From a virus: DNA of 64,000 bases. Position numbers and translations under genes: made by a program. Below the pieces are notes generated by a model. That model worked only from the letters and a program-made list of their open reading frames with translations. It was not told the origin of the DNA and searched no databases. Of the stretch, positions 19,401 through 29,900 are shown one piece after another (the stretch's first letter is position 1; each line of letters starts with the position of its first letter). The DNA lies in IMG/VR virus record IMGVR_UViG_3300005288_000001, positions 96,001 to 160,000 of that record. One strand, given 5' to 3'.

Positions 19401-19824
19401 TAACATAGGCAGTTGTAGCGATCTGGGTTGTGTTGGTAGCAGTAGCAGCTGTAGGAGCGGCAGGCGTACCAGTGAAGGTTGGTGAAGCTAGGTTGGCCTT
19501 ACCGACGATCGTAGATGCATCCAACGTGATTGCGATGCGTCGTGTTCCAGCGGCCCACGAAACAGCGGCGTTTGCATTTGAACTACGGATGATTGCGGTA
19601 CGAGCCAGGATACCACCTGTGCCCCAGGTACCAGTTCCAATTTCCCAGCTACCACTAGGGATTCCGGAAACGTTGACATCTTCTGCATAGTAGATGCAGG
19701 TGTCGCCGTTCGCGCACTGAGACGCGAACGTGGTGAATCCAGAAATAGTGCCAGCTAGAGTATATGAACCAGTTCCCGTAGTAGTGCTGGTTTCCAGCAC
19801 TCGATCTGCGGTAATAAAGGCCAT
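16402..19824 (-). CDS. Tail fibre/tailspike with 37-aa fibre repeats and two tandem pectate-lyase-like beta-helix domains
   Basis: N-terminal DRVLETSTTTGTG anchor; ASP-TG...NTTQIATTA repeats; two helix caps (IQDAINAM...IFVPGGLY and INVKDFGAYGDG...AIQAAIN...VYLPKGTY). Confidence 0.85.
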   Translation of the reverse strand: MAFITADRVLETSTTTGTGSYTLAGTISGFTTFASQCANGDTCIYYAEDVNVSGIPSGSWEIGTGTWGTGGILARTAIIRSSNANAAVSWAAGTRRIAITLDASTIVGKANLASPTFTGTPAAPTAATATNTTQIATTAYVKAQAYATLASPALTGTPTSTTAAANTNTTQIATTAFVIGQAYAPLASPSLTGTPLAPTASTGTNTTQIATTAYVKAQAYATLASPALTGTPTAPTASTGTNTTQIATTAYVKAQGYATLASPTFTGTVAGITSTMVPHADPVAPAYVKTLSDMANGDEVSLFRFIPPAKHSTISAQTETSNLQTNIQDAINAMATYGRGGIFVPGGLYYTDQITFGSNMNFRGSGMNTVFIPFGSTITGNKWFLISSKTNVNLSNFQLYAERATFTAASCIFVDSSAQIKASDILISASAAFGINTSASSQCDFERITVNEAQQIGIYHSGGSNIHTRNCVVSNVYTSHGIQNVSGSDHAIIDCTTFNCTQMGAQMYNVGRGKIINHRTWDTKLEGINLLNCNNCDIVNPSIFWTGNATWASTDFGMSIWGDNNVSGLSLGTFSNFNKIIGGQINSPAKSGFAIADNCQFNTVDGLSITNPNSLDETEGAAVLFYGSGTVNNKVSNLQSWAGNGKMRHAVNEQDSGGRPSSNTFYQIDSSGHTGVKVQKSNSSRYINDLNNRINVKDFGAYGDGTTHPLSAQYATLAAAQVVYPFAAALTEEIDGCAIQAAINYLGTSGGEVYLPKGTYRLSTSITIGDGTSSAASTIRGVRLVGEGVPRPQYALAGMATTATTKLVWASASVLVMIKLAGPLVGWGVDRIEFEGSGVASAGLHVVSAAFGSCQDLSFKGCKYSILSTTVANTVSGVDNVDSLHNRFDNISIEVPNVTGAIGIHCTGLLNSNTDYCHFTNVVVTFATGSNVVYGIYLASCDSNQFHNVHFFGGNGSATCVALDYTINNVWPASNAFYGVDTGALFTSWANISTPGSGARPNLVHGVVETNNAVWPTTIDNLISCIPAIKAKKALKTQSTSIGATNLFTAWAEGDYRITYYLATEVSSGTATVASTIFFNDAAGQLRSVVIPSISMAAANYTQGSIIARMAIGTAQYTTTVTGTIGTARYQIFFTVERLT
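19021..19488 (-). repeat. Four tandem 111-bp (37-aa) tail fibre repeats plus a partial fifth
   Basis: Repeat unit ASPxxTGTPxAPTAxxxTNTTQIATTAYVKAQxYATL; units 3 and 4 share long identical DNA stretches. Confidence 0.9.
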
Positions 19825-19828
19825 ATTC

Positions 19829-20206
19829 TTATGTCAGTTGGGTCTTCAACGTGAATTGAATTGATTCACCGATGTCAAGAGCGATACCAGTAAAGTCAGC
19901 CCACAGGAACAGATTACCAGAAGTAGAAGCATCAAACAGACCAACTTCGGAGATGGTCTTACCAGCTCCAGCGACGGTCAGAGTTCCTACGACTTGATAT
20001 GTGTCGTTAGTGGTCGTGGTTGTTACGAGCGAGCTCGTACCTGCAACACGTGCTTCTGCAGCAGCGGTTGATAGTGCAGTTCCGGTAATAACAGCGCCAG
20101 TACCAGTTCCCCAAGCAACGTAATTTGGCTCAGTAGCACCAGTTGCACCATTCTTTAGACGATTGTTGTAAACACCCTTGCCGATGTTCGTGATGACGGT
20201 TGCCAT
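19829..20206 (-). CDS. Small beta-sandwich virion/fibre adaptor protein, probable paralog of 33049..33504
   Basis: VITNIGK, YVAWGTGT, ISEVGLFDASTSGNL and GESIQFT motifs. Confidence 0.75.
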   Translation of the reverse strand: MATVITNIGKGVYNNRLKNGATGATEPNYVAWGTGTGAVITGTALSTAAAEARVAGTSSLVTTTTTNDTYQVVGTLTVAGAGKTISEVGLFDASTSGNLFLWADFTGIALDIGESIQFTLKTQLT

Positions 20207-20370
20207 TATTTTCTCCAGTTTTTAAGTTTTTGTTTAAGAAAATGTAATCCGCGCATAAGAGGATTCTTATGGTAGTAGGCCACAACACCGAGAGGAACTT
20301 TTGTACCATCGGCGCGAATAATTGTCGCCTCGATGGTCACTTCCTTAAATTTCTGTTCGCCGAGAAACAT
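20206..20370 (-). CDS. 54-aa protein resembling the N-terminal beta-hairpin of the adaptor family
   Basis: Manual translation MFLGEQKFKEVTIEATIIRADGTKVPLGVVAYYHKNPLMRGLHFLKQKLKNWRK*; TAATG-coupled to the next gene; late promoter upstream. Confidence 0.65.
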   Translation of the reverse strand: MFLGEQKFKEVTIEATIIRADGTKVPLGVVAYYHKNPLMRGLHFLKQKLKNWRK

Positions 20371-20384
20371 ACATTCACTTTCTA

Positions 20385-21059
20385 TTATTTAGTAATGTTA
20401 GGACTTAGAAGAACAGTCCCACTGAGAATTCGCGTAACAGTTGTGTCCGGCGCTGTAATTTCCAGATCATAGACAGCCGAGTCAAAAGATAGCACTGATG
20501 TTTCCAGAGCCGTCAGTTGGATAGTGACAGTCCCGAAAGCACCACCCATGGCCAGACGACCATTGGTATTTGTTAGTTCGAGGATCAAAACTGGAGAACT
20601 GGCCACTGGACGAATCTGCATCTTGGCAGTGTACCCAGTCAGGTCCTTAAGGGAACCGTCCACATCGCGCAGTTCAACCACGTGGTTATATGTGGCTCCC
20701 TGGATAATTTCAAGGAGTTCACTATCAACATCGCTCGTTGAGTTTGTTGGATTAACACCTGTAAGACCAGGGGATACAATTGCTTGTCCTTGTTCAAGTC
20801 GAATTCGGTCATTCGCCGACGTCGCCAAGACGTCATAGACGCAACGGCCAACTGTTAGGAACGCAGTATTCTCAGCCTTCATCGAAATAGCAATCTGACC
20901 TGTAACCAAATTCAGGACAGTAACGTCGAAGAATTCGTACTCAGCAGCGTCATACCATTTACGGATTTGTGCTGCCAAAGTATAGTTGGTCAGATTGACT
21001 CCCGTATCAATGACGTGATAGAAAGTCGCTCCCTGATCAATATAGATGTAGTTATCCAT
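20385..21059 (-). CDS. Virion adaptor with two tandem BppU-like beta-sandwich domains
   Basis: Internal duplication: IDQGATF..NLTNYT..AQIR..YDV and IIQGATY..DLTGYT..MQIR..YDL. Confidence 0.75.
   Translation of the reverse strand: MDNYIYIDQGATFYHVIDTGVNLTNYTLAAQIRKWYDAAEYEFFDVTVLNLVTGQIAISMKAENTAFLTVGRCVYDVLATSANDRIRLEQGQAIVSPGLTGVNPTNSTSDVDSELLEIIQGATYNHVVELRDVDGSLKDLTGYTAKMQIRPVASSPVLILELTNTNGRLAMGGAFGTVTIQLTALETSVLSFDSAVYDLEITAPDTTVTRILSGTVLLSPNITK
20386..20393 (-). promoter_or_regulatory. Late promoter ACTAAATA for the fibre module and neck genes
   Basis: Overlaps the stop of 20385..21059. Confidence 0.65.
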
Positions 21060-21460
21060 TAGGTGCTCTTCTTAGTGCGCTTTGGTCGAGCTTCAAGTGC
21101 TTCAAGTCGCTTCAGGATATCAGCAAGTGGATCAGGTGGGAGTGAATCACCAATCAGAGATTCAAGCTCTTGGGTCTTGTGCTTATTCTGCGCGCGGAAG
21201 AAGCTGAAGCGTTCAGCTTCACGTTCTGCTCCAACGGCGTTATTCAGCCATTCAAGTTCTTCCTTACCAGCGCCAGCGTGTGCTTCGATGATTTCTTTGG
21301 GAATTGAATAGGCGCGAACAATCTTGTCGACGTCTTGTAGATTCTTGGGATACGGTTGCATCATCGTGATAGCAGTCCAACCGCCATCGGCAAATTCGAC
21401 TGTTAGAACCTGACGGGAAGCATCCCATTGTGTAATTTTGTATTTGAAAGTATCGCTCAT
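21059..21460 (-). CDS. Hypothetical protein, possible fibre assembly chaperone
   Basis: Lies directly after the gp38-like adhesin. Confidence 0.55.
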   Translation of the reverse strand: MSDTFKYKITQWDASRQVLTVEFADGGWTAITMMQPYPKNLQDVDKIVRAYSIPKEIIEAHAGAGKEELEWLNNAVGAEREAERFSFFRAQNKHKTQELESLIGDSLPPDPLADILKRLEALEARPKRTKKST

Positions 21461-21461
21461 G

Positions 21462-22661
21462 TTATGCTCTTAATCCTTGGACATTGCCTTCATTAACCAG
21501 TGCTCCATATGGGCCAGAATATAGATAGTAGCCTGGCGCACCACCGTAATATCCACTACCGCCTGGCGAACCGCCTGAGCCACCACCATTGTTTCCGTTA
21601 CCGCCTGTTGCACCTGTGTCGCCTGTTGCACCTTGTTGTCCATAGGCACCCCAACCACCACCTGATCCACCGACACCACCAGTACCACCTGTGCCTCCGG
21701 TCCCAGCATTAATACCACCGCCGGCTCCACCGCCACCGCCGGTTCGACCAGCATTTGTTGCACCAGTTTGTGCATGGTCCCAACCTTGGCCAAAACCACC
21801 ATCGCCGCCAGTACCACCACCACCACCTCCACCACCACTGGTGTAGACGTTGCTATCCCATTGACGATAGATTTCGTATAGGTTATAGAATCCGAATAGT
21901 GGGTCCGACCCAACGTAGCCAGTCAATCCACCACGGTAGTAGCGGAAGATACCATCGTTTACTTGGTTAACACCGTCGCCTGCAGTTGAGAACGCATTTT
22001 GATATGGCCATCCAGCTTGGTGCCATTTCCACCAGGTCGCACCAGTTCCCGAATAGCGATAAACACCGTGTGTTGATGCTTCCGAAGACGGACCTTCTTG
22101 GTTGGTGACAACGTAGTATCCTGGACCACCTTGTCCACCGCTGCCTCCGAAACCACCCTTACCACCTCCGCCGCCACCAGAGAAAATCTGCCCGCTAGAC
22201 TTATTGTAAACTACAGTCCAGCAGCTTGAGTTCCAGCAATGGATACACCAACCACCTTGAACACCGTTTCCACCCGTTGAACCTTGACCGATTGGTCCGT
22301 ATGATCCTAGGATGTTTCCGTAGTTGATAATGATCATGGTGGAACCTTGAGGGAAAGTTCCTACAGTAATAGCTGAGTTTCCCAGAGTTCCACCAATTTG
22401 TCCTTCGTTGATAACCTTGTAGGTCGTGACAGTCGTAGGATTGAATGTTGGTTGGAGATATAGATTCTGCAGGTTGCCGACGTTATACAATACTCCGCGC
22501 GCAGCACTCATTCGAGCAGGCTGCGACAGATAGTTCGTACCGTTATAGTCCACAGCCATAGCACGACGAACGCGTGAATTGCTGAAGCTGACTGGACCAG
22601 AAAGACCCAGTTCAGCGGCAATCTGACTTAAGGAGATAGGGCCAGTGTGAGGTGTAGGCAT
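21462..22661 (-). CDS. Glycine-rich receptor-recognition adhesin (T2/T6 gp38-like)
   Basis: N-terminal GPISLSQIAAELG; IINYGNILG; polyglycine tracts; follows a fibre with a chaperone domain. Confidence 0.75.
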   Translation of the reverse strand: MPTPHTGPISLSQIAAELGLSGPVSFSNSRVRRAMAVDYNGTNYLSQPARMSAARGVLYNVGNLQNLYLQPTFNPTTVTTYKVINEGQIGGTLGNSAITVGTFPQGSTMIIINYGNILGSYGPIGQGSTGGNGVQGGWCIHCWNSSCWTVVYNKSSGQIFSGGGGGGKGGFGGSGGQGGPGYYVVTNQEGPSSEASTHGVYRYSGTGATWWKWHQAGWPYQNAFSTAGDGVNQVNDGIFRYYRGGLTGYVGSDPLFGFYNLYEIYRQWDSNVYTSGGGGGGGGTGGDGGFGQGWDHAQTGATNAGRTGGGGGAGGGINAGTGGTGGTGGVGGSGGGWGAYGQQGATGDTGATGGNGNNGGGSGGSPGGSGYYGGAPGYYLYSGPYGALVNEGNVQGLRA

Positions 22662-23716
22662 TAAGCACCCTTTTCTAGCTTCTCAATACGAGCGTTCAGT
22701 GTACGAATTGACTCGATGAGGTCAGCTGTCATTCCGATGTAATTGACCGAGTACAAACCAGTATCGTTCAGTTGGACCAGATCAGGGGCAGTTTTCAGGA
22801 CTTGCTGAGCCAGAACACCGCGCGACTTACGGCCTGTAGAAATCATCGTGTATGAATAACCATTCCATGAAAGAACACGTTCCAAGGAACCAACCAGTGG
22901 TTCAATATCGGTCTTCGCGCGTTCATCTGACAAGCCAGTGATGTCACCGCTCGTTGTAATGTTCATACTGTTGAAGTTCGCGGTAATACCAACGAAGCTC
23001 AGATTTCCTTGACCGACCGAAGAATTACCACCGTAACCAATGATACGAGCGTCGAAGTCTGAAGTGGTTCCGCTTGAATGGAAATCGATGTAATTGGCGC
23101 CAGCGGAAGTGGTAGAACCAAGTTCCACAGCTCCAGAAGGAATAACTACTGAACCATTTACCACGACGCCTGAGAATGTCGATGTACCGCTGAACGATGG
23201 CGAAGCGAGGTTTGCCTTCAGATTCAACGCATTTTGTGTGGCGGTGGAAATCACCTTATCAATGTCAGCTGTATTGTCTACGTTTGGTAGACCAATCATA
23301 ACCTTGTTGATACCAGTTACTGTTCCAGTAAAGGCTGGCGAATTGATAGGAGCATAGCCAGAGATGAACGCACCAGTTGGAATCGTTACAGTACCAGTGA
23401 AAGTTGGTGAGTTGAGCGGTGCACGCGAAGTATCAATTGGGTGAACGTGGTCCGCACGAGCATGTCGAGTAGATACACCAATTGCAACCGCACCATTCAT
23501 TACTGGATTGGTAGTTGAGGCGTTTGCAAGTACGAAAGCAGTAGTGGCAATCTGAACTGTATTGGTACCAACTGCAGCTGTAGGAGCGTTAGGTGTGCCA
23601 GTCAGAGTTGGCGAGTTAATCTCAGCCTTATCTGTATTCAAATTGTTAAAGTTTGCATCCACTTCGGCAGTGGTTAGTGGTGAGCCCTTGCCAAGACGGG
23701 TTACAATCGTCGTCAT
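22661..23716 (-). CDS. Short tail fibre with C-terminal intramolecular chaperone (peptidase S74)
   Basis: KGSPLTTAEVDANF N-terminus; YIDFHSSG..DFDARI; SDERAK cleavage motif; GVLAQ; SVNY. Confidence 0.85.
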   Translation of the reverse strand: MTTIVTRLGKGSPLTTAEVDANFNNLNTDKAEINSPTLTGTPNAPTAAVGTNTVQIATTAFVLANASTTNPVMNGAVAIGVSTRHARADHVHPIDTSRAPLNSPTFTGTVTIPTGAFISGYAPINSPAFTGTVTGINKVMIGLPNVDNTADIDKVISTATQNALNLKANLASPSFSGTSTFSGVVVNGSVVIPSGAVELGSTTSAGANYIDFHSSGTTSDFDARIIGYGGNSSVGQGNLSFVGITANFNSMNITTSGDITGLSDERAKTDIEPLVGSLERVLSWNGYSYTMISTGRKSRGVLAQQVLKTAPDLVQLNDTGLYSVNYIGMTADLIESIRTLNARIEKLEKGA

Positions 23717-23958
23717 TATTTATCCTTGTTAATCAGTTGTAGCAGGAGCGATTTGATCTCCGTCATTTCATTCTTCAACGTATTTATTTCATCTGCGTGA
23801 GATTGAATCTGCTGTTCTTTCTCGCGAGCTAGACGAACAGATTCCATATATGCCTGGAACCCGTTCGGGTCGCGATTAACAATGGCTCCGGTAGAGGCGT
23901 CACGATAGAGACCATCATGACCCTCAACTTTTAGAAACTTAGGCGCAGGCGATGACAC
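23716..23958 (-). CDS. Small coiled-coil virion-associated protein
   Basis: KVEGHDGLYRD..TGAIVN...EIKSLL pattern, typical after VrlC-like genes in T4-like phages. Confidence 0.75.
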   Translation of the reverse strand: MSSPAPKFLKVEGHDGLYRDASTGAIVNRDPNGFQAYMESVRLAREKEQQIQSHADEINTLKNEMTEIKSLLLQLINKDK

Positions 23959-26900
23959 GTAGATCCTTGATACGAGGTACCATAGACGAGTTAGTGCTCT
24001 TCATAACAATCTTCAGAGAAATACCGTCGAATGGAACCAGGTTTGTCAGCGTGAAGTTCACGTCCGTAAACGCGGTGAACGAATAAGGAATAACCGCATC
24101 TGGATTGACCAGAGTGTAAGGAACCTTAGACAGATCAGTCGTAGAACCCGAAGAGCTCAGACGATAGTAAACTTCAACGGCTGCTTCAGTTGGAAGCATA
24201 ACGGCCATACGGATACGCAGATACGTAGACGAGTTCTCAAGATTGATACGTTGGGTAACGTATTTGCTCAGCGAAGAACTTCCGATAGCGGCAATTTCGC
24301 TAACCATCGTGATACGTTGTGTAACAGTGATAACTGAAACACCGGAACCTTGGGCAACCGTAGTTGTAGAGTTCGTTGACGCATTACGAAGATACACACC
24401 GTTGGTTGGCGAAGTACCAATTACCAGGTATGTAGCATTGTTTCCTGCGCTAGATGCACCAGCGATAGTCAGGTAACGACCAATCGGAATGCTGGCAAGC
24501 AGAAGACCGGTTGCAGAATCAGCACTGAACAGACGTCCCGCAGTATCCAATTGGATCAGGTTGTTAGACGCAACCAATTGGTTATCCAGACCAGCAACGT
24601 TCATGTTGGTTTCAGTTGGGTTATTGATTCGGTTAGAAACCATAACGAAACTGATACGTTGAGTGTCGATAATTGGAGACAACGCGTCGTTGCTACTCTT
24701 CATGCTAACGTCGAACCACAGCGAATAGTCACCGGAGAAGTATGCAATTTCCGTTTCACGGTTCAGAATCAACTTTGGAGAACCCAGAACGTTGTTGTCG
24801 TTTACGGCAACAGGAGTACTATATGGTTCACCAATGATAGGAACCTGTGTAGTCGAATTGATCGACTTACCAGACGTTCCCCAGATGTTGTACGCAGTAG
24901 CGGTCTCTGGGAAGTTCAAAGCCTGGATACATGGTTGGAACACGTCGTATTGGATACAACGTGAAGCGCGATTACCCGCACCACCAAAGTAACCTGTCAC
25001 AGTTGGAGTTCCGCTAGTCGTGATAATGAACGAATCTGCTTGCAGACCAGCTGGCACGATAAGATGCTGACGGTAGATATCCGAAGCAACGATACCAGCA
25101 ATTGGCGAATTCACGAACGCGAACGGTTGGTTGATCAGAGTGAGCGCCGCACCAGCGTACAGCGTGATACTTGTTCCTGCAACTGCAGAAACGACGCCAA
25201 TGAATTGGCGAGTAGACGTGTACAGCGTAGAGTTAACCAGAACACCTTGCGTAGCAAACGAAGTTGTAGAAGTAACTGCAGTAGATCCTGAAGTCGTAGT
25301 GATACCAGTTCCGATTGCGTACGATGCTGGAGTGATAGTCACCAGAGCATTGTCCACCAGACCGTGATCTGGAAGATGGATACGGATACTTTGTGAACCT
25401 GCACGAACTTCAAACGGATTGTTATCCAGAGTTACCAATGGAATTTGATCGTTGACGAAACGGATCAGACCTTGCGTAGGAGCTTCAGCAGTACCAACAT
25501 CAAACTTCGCGCGCCATACCTTGAACATCAAGTCTTGCGACTGGTCAGGCGTCCAGGTAGAAGCGTTTTGCGACTTGAACAGCGAACCGAGGTTAGGTTG
25601 TTCAGACACAGTACGTTCAGTTCCAGGAACGGTTTCACCCATTTGGCTAATCCAAACGATGTAGTTCTGGGTTTCGGCCATCAGAACGATAGCATATTGC
25701 GCACCGTCTTGGACGTAAACTGGCGATGGGAACTCAAAGGTCGTTGGAGTATCGGCCGCAGGAGTCAGAACACCATTCAACATAACGTTCGTGCTAGAAA
25801 CATTAACTTGTTCTGGCTTCAGAGTTACACGCGAGAATGGCAGAACCTTGATACCTGGGTATCCGTTAACAACTTCACGCAGTTCCATAGTCACTGGAAT
25901 GTTTGCATCCTTCTTAGCGAAGAAGATATCAATCTTGCTAAGGAACGCACCACCCGTGTTTTGGATGTAGAAGGTTTGAGCCAGCGGGTCTTGCGCACCA
26001 GTAGAGGTTACGCTCGTAGTGATGTTTCCGTCAGCGTCACGAACAGCCAAGGCCAGAGCACCGTTGCCAGCAAGGCCAGCTGCGGTAATTACTCGGTCGG
26101 ATGTTTCGATAATCGTACGGGAATCACCAACAGTAGACGTAGAAACTTCACCGTTACGAACCGACAGGATCGTAGCTTGCTTAGTTTCCATGATACCTTC
26201 AGCGAAGTACGAACCACGGGCGCGTGAAGTTACGTTCACGTCGTTTTGTGGCTGGTCAAGAAGCAGAAGTTCACGAGTACCAGTACGGAAAGCAACCGAA
26301 TCAGTGTTAGGGATGTTGAACAGGAAGTTCAGATCACCGTTGTTGTTCGAGATCATACCGAACGATGTGACCGACAGGATAGTTCCAGTAGCAACGTTCA
26401 GGGAAGCGTCTTGGATCGAACCAGAGAAGGTGTTACCGACAGTCAGAGTTCCGATAACGTTCAGGACGCTCAAAGAACGAACACCGTTATCAATCGAAGA
26501 ACCAACAACAACCGCAGTTGCGCCGTTAGACGTGGTGATCACGTCACCCTTGTTCAGACAAACTTGGCTATCGCCGTTGATCATACGAGCTGCTTGCAGT
26601 TGGTTGGAACCAACGTTAGAGTCAACATCGAAAGTCTTTGACGAAGTCAGAGTGTAAGTGATAGTTGTCGCTGCAGCAACATAGTTGTCAATCTTCACAC
26701 CGTCGAAGAACGGATAGAATTGAGTGTATGGCTTCAGACGCTTAACTTGCACCAGAATATTGCGCGAACGAATGTACGGAATAACTTGTGACGAAACAAC
26801 GCGGTCACCGATAGTGGTGTTCGTGTAAGTCGGAATAACCGAAGTGGTTGTGCCGCTACGAGTTTGACCAACGGTCGTTGCGTAGGTGTCAGTACGAGTT

Positions 26901-29900
26901 GCAATAGCTGCGGTCCAACGACCAACAACAGCAAGTGCTACCGAAGTTAGTTGGCTGTTCGTCAGAACTGGCTGACCAGTCCATTGAGTTTGCCAGCCGT
27001 TCCAAACGGTTCCTAGTACACCTTGCGTCGCAAGAGTAGAAGTCAGTTGGCTGTAGTTACCTTCAACGCTCTGTACGATGTCTGGAAGACGATTAACTTC
27101 AAACCAGTCGTCGGACGCTGGATTGATGGATACGTCACCGAGGAACGTAAAGACCGCGAATGGGTTAACGTTTTCGGTACGAGTTCCGTAAGGTTGATCA
27201 ACCAATACGACGTGAGGTGTAGCTGGGTCCAGTGGAAGCGTGATAACGTCGCCGTAGAGCTTGTAGTTCGATGCCAGACGTTCTGGTTCAGAAACGGCTT
27301 GTTCCAGCATGTTCACGTTATGCATCACGAAGTATGGACGAAGCTCACCTGCCAGTGGGTCGGTCGAAGCAACGTAATCTGGTGAGTTAGAATCACCGAT
27401 GCCGTTACCCTTGAACGAGTCAACAATGAAACCGTTCTTGTAGCGTTCCAGACCAGCAGAGTCGCGGATCGACAGGCTAGCTGTTTCTTGTTCCAACAGG
27501 CTCAGGCTGGTGTAGTATTCCAGGTTGCTGATACGTTGTTCCAGCTTTCCGATATCGCGCATTGTGTAACGCTTGTTATCGGTCTTAGAAATCAGAACGT
27601 TTTCGCTACCTGAACCAAAGGTGTATGGCTGGTAAGTCAAACCATACAGAAGCATGCTGTTAGCATCCAGCGGAGGCTGCTTAGGCGAGATCGAAGATTC
27701 ACCTTCAGTAATGTAGAAACGACCAGCCGAATCCATCGCCAGCAAGTCCTTGCGCGACAGATAGTATTGGACGTCAGCAGTAATGTTAACACCACGCTTA
27801 ACTGGCAGAGTACCAGCGATGGTCACACCGTCATCCGAACGTGGACGGAAGTCCAGAGCGTCGCGCAGTTCGATGTCGTTGAACTTAGGAATCAACTTGT
27901 AGTCGATAGCCGCGTACGAATTCTTTGAGAAGAAGTGGCCGGTGCCATGCGTGAAGTATTGGAACGTTACGCGGATTGGGTTGGTTGGCGGAGCGTAAGA
28001 ACCCTTCAGCTTCAGGTATGCTGGACCATAGTATGATTCAGTTTGGCCTGTGAAGAACTCATAACGATCTGTAATGTCAGTGGTAGATGCCCATGTTGGA
28101 GCGCCACCGAAGGCGACAGACGTATCCATTTCAACGCGCGAGAGCTTGTATCCGTCAGCCTTGTCCAGAGTCAAGATCGAAGCAGCGGCAGCAGCAGTTG
28201 AGAAGATCGTGCTTTGACCAGTCAGGGTCTTAACCTTTTCGGTAACACCCAGAGTTCCCGTGTATTGGACGTCAGCCAAACATTGGATCGTGGTGCTTGC
28301 TGGAGCGCCAGTAATAATGACTTGATTCCCAACGATATTCGTCGAAGTTGGAATGAAGGTAGTGTTGTTCGCGGTGAACGTGTAGTTCGTTAGACCAGCG
28401 CCTGAACCCAGAGTTCCACCACCGGTGTACGTGAACGTAGCACCACCGCCACCTGTTGAGACGACGTTGGTAAGCGGTTCGTAGACCGAGTAGTTAACGT
28501 CAGCAAGTGACGAAACTGCGTAGTATGGCAGAGGATAAATGGCGTCAACGGCCAGAGGTTCGACGATACGAGTTGTGATCAGACCGTATGCTTGACCAGT
28601 TTGAGTTGCTGGAGCAGCTGTCAGAGTAGCAGAAGTCTGCGATGCAATGGACGCAATTTGCAGATTGACAGTTGTGCCAGGCAGATAAACGATGTCGCCA
28701 GGAATCAGATCGGTCAGGAAGCTGGTACCAACACCAGTCATAGCTGTACCAGAAGTGCTGATCGAACCAACCAATGCCTTAACGTTTCCAGAAATATTTG
28801 CGGTGAAGTTGTTGGTTGAAGTTCCGATAGACTTAACTTGACGATCGAAGTTATAACCAGTGTTCATCTTCACGTCGAAGAGGAACAGTTTTTGGAAACC
28901 AGTCGAATTATATTCGATACCACGAACGCGAGCAGTACCAACAATGTTTGCCGTTGGTTGCGTGCCTGGAGTTACGACGAAAGCATCGTACAGATTTACC
29001 AGACCAAAGGTGGTTGGAATGCTCGAAGCATAGGTAATGTAAACGAAGTTACCAACGTTGGTTGTAACTACAGCATTGTTAACTGCTGGATCGTTGATGT
29101 CGCGCGACTTAGGAGTCGATACGTATTCGGTAGCAATCTTCTCGATTTCATAACCTTGGACGTATGCCTTACCAGGTTCCAGACCGATAGCCAGCTTGGC
29201 TTCGTTGGCTTGGTGGGCTGCCAGAGTGGTTTCACTAACCTTTGGTGTGAAGATACCACGGTTGTAAACTGGGTTCGGAGTGTATTCCCAAACCATCAAG
29301 CTGTCAGTTACCAGTGTACCAACCAGGGTTGCGTCAGGAGCAACGTTGGAAACACCTTGTGTAATACAAGTGAACAGCTTTCCATTGGAAGTAACAATGT
29401 CACCTGCCAGGTATGGAGTAGCAGTGGCCCATGCGCCACGGTCGTTGTTGCGGTATTCGCGAACGTCGATCTCAAAGTCACGTACAGTGTAGCTTCCCGA
29501 TTCGTCGAAAGTGCGACGAGCCAGAGTCTTTTCTAGATCAGAGTATTCAGTTGTACGTGTGTCACGAAGAACAATACCAGTGTCAACAACCGACAGAGTA
29601 ACAAAGTTGCTGTCCTCTACGCTGTCCAGGGCACGCTTTTCCAGAACCAATTCGATGAAGTGGCGGTGCGCACCAGGTGCTGCGTAGTTGTACGAGCCTT
29701 GCGCGTTGTCCAGGAGTTTTTCGTCTTGTTCAGGAGTGACGATAGATTCGTTAACCGAAAGACCAATACGATACGAAGGTGTTACACCGAACTTATCAAG
29801 AATGATGGTTTGCTTTTCGACCAGAACGAATTGACCATTGATGAAGTAGACACCTTGTTCAACTCCAGCAAACGAACCAGCACCAGTTGCATCAACAGCA

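Noticed and set aside
19021-19488. Tandem repeats as a possible CRISPR array or DGR template/variable repeat
   Set aside because: They are in-frame coding fibre repeats with no spacers and no evident adenine-specific variation, and there is no reverse transcriptase in the window.
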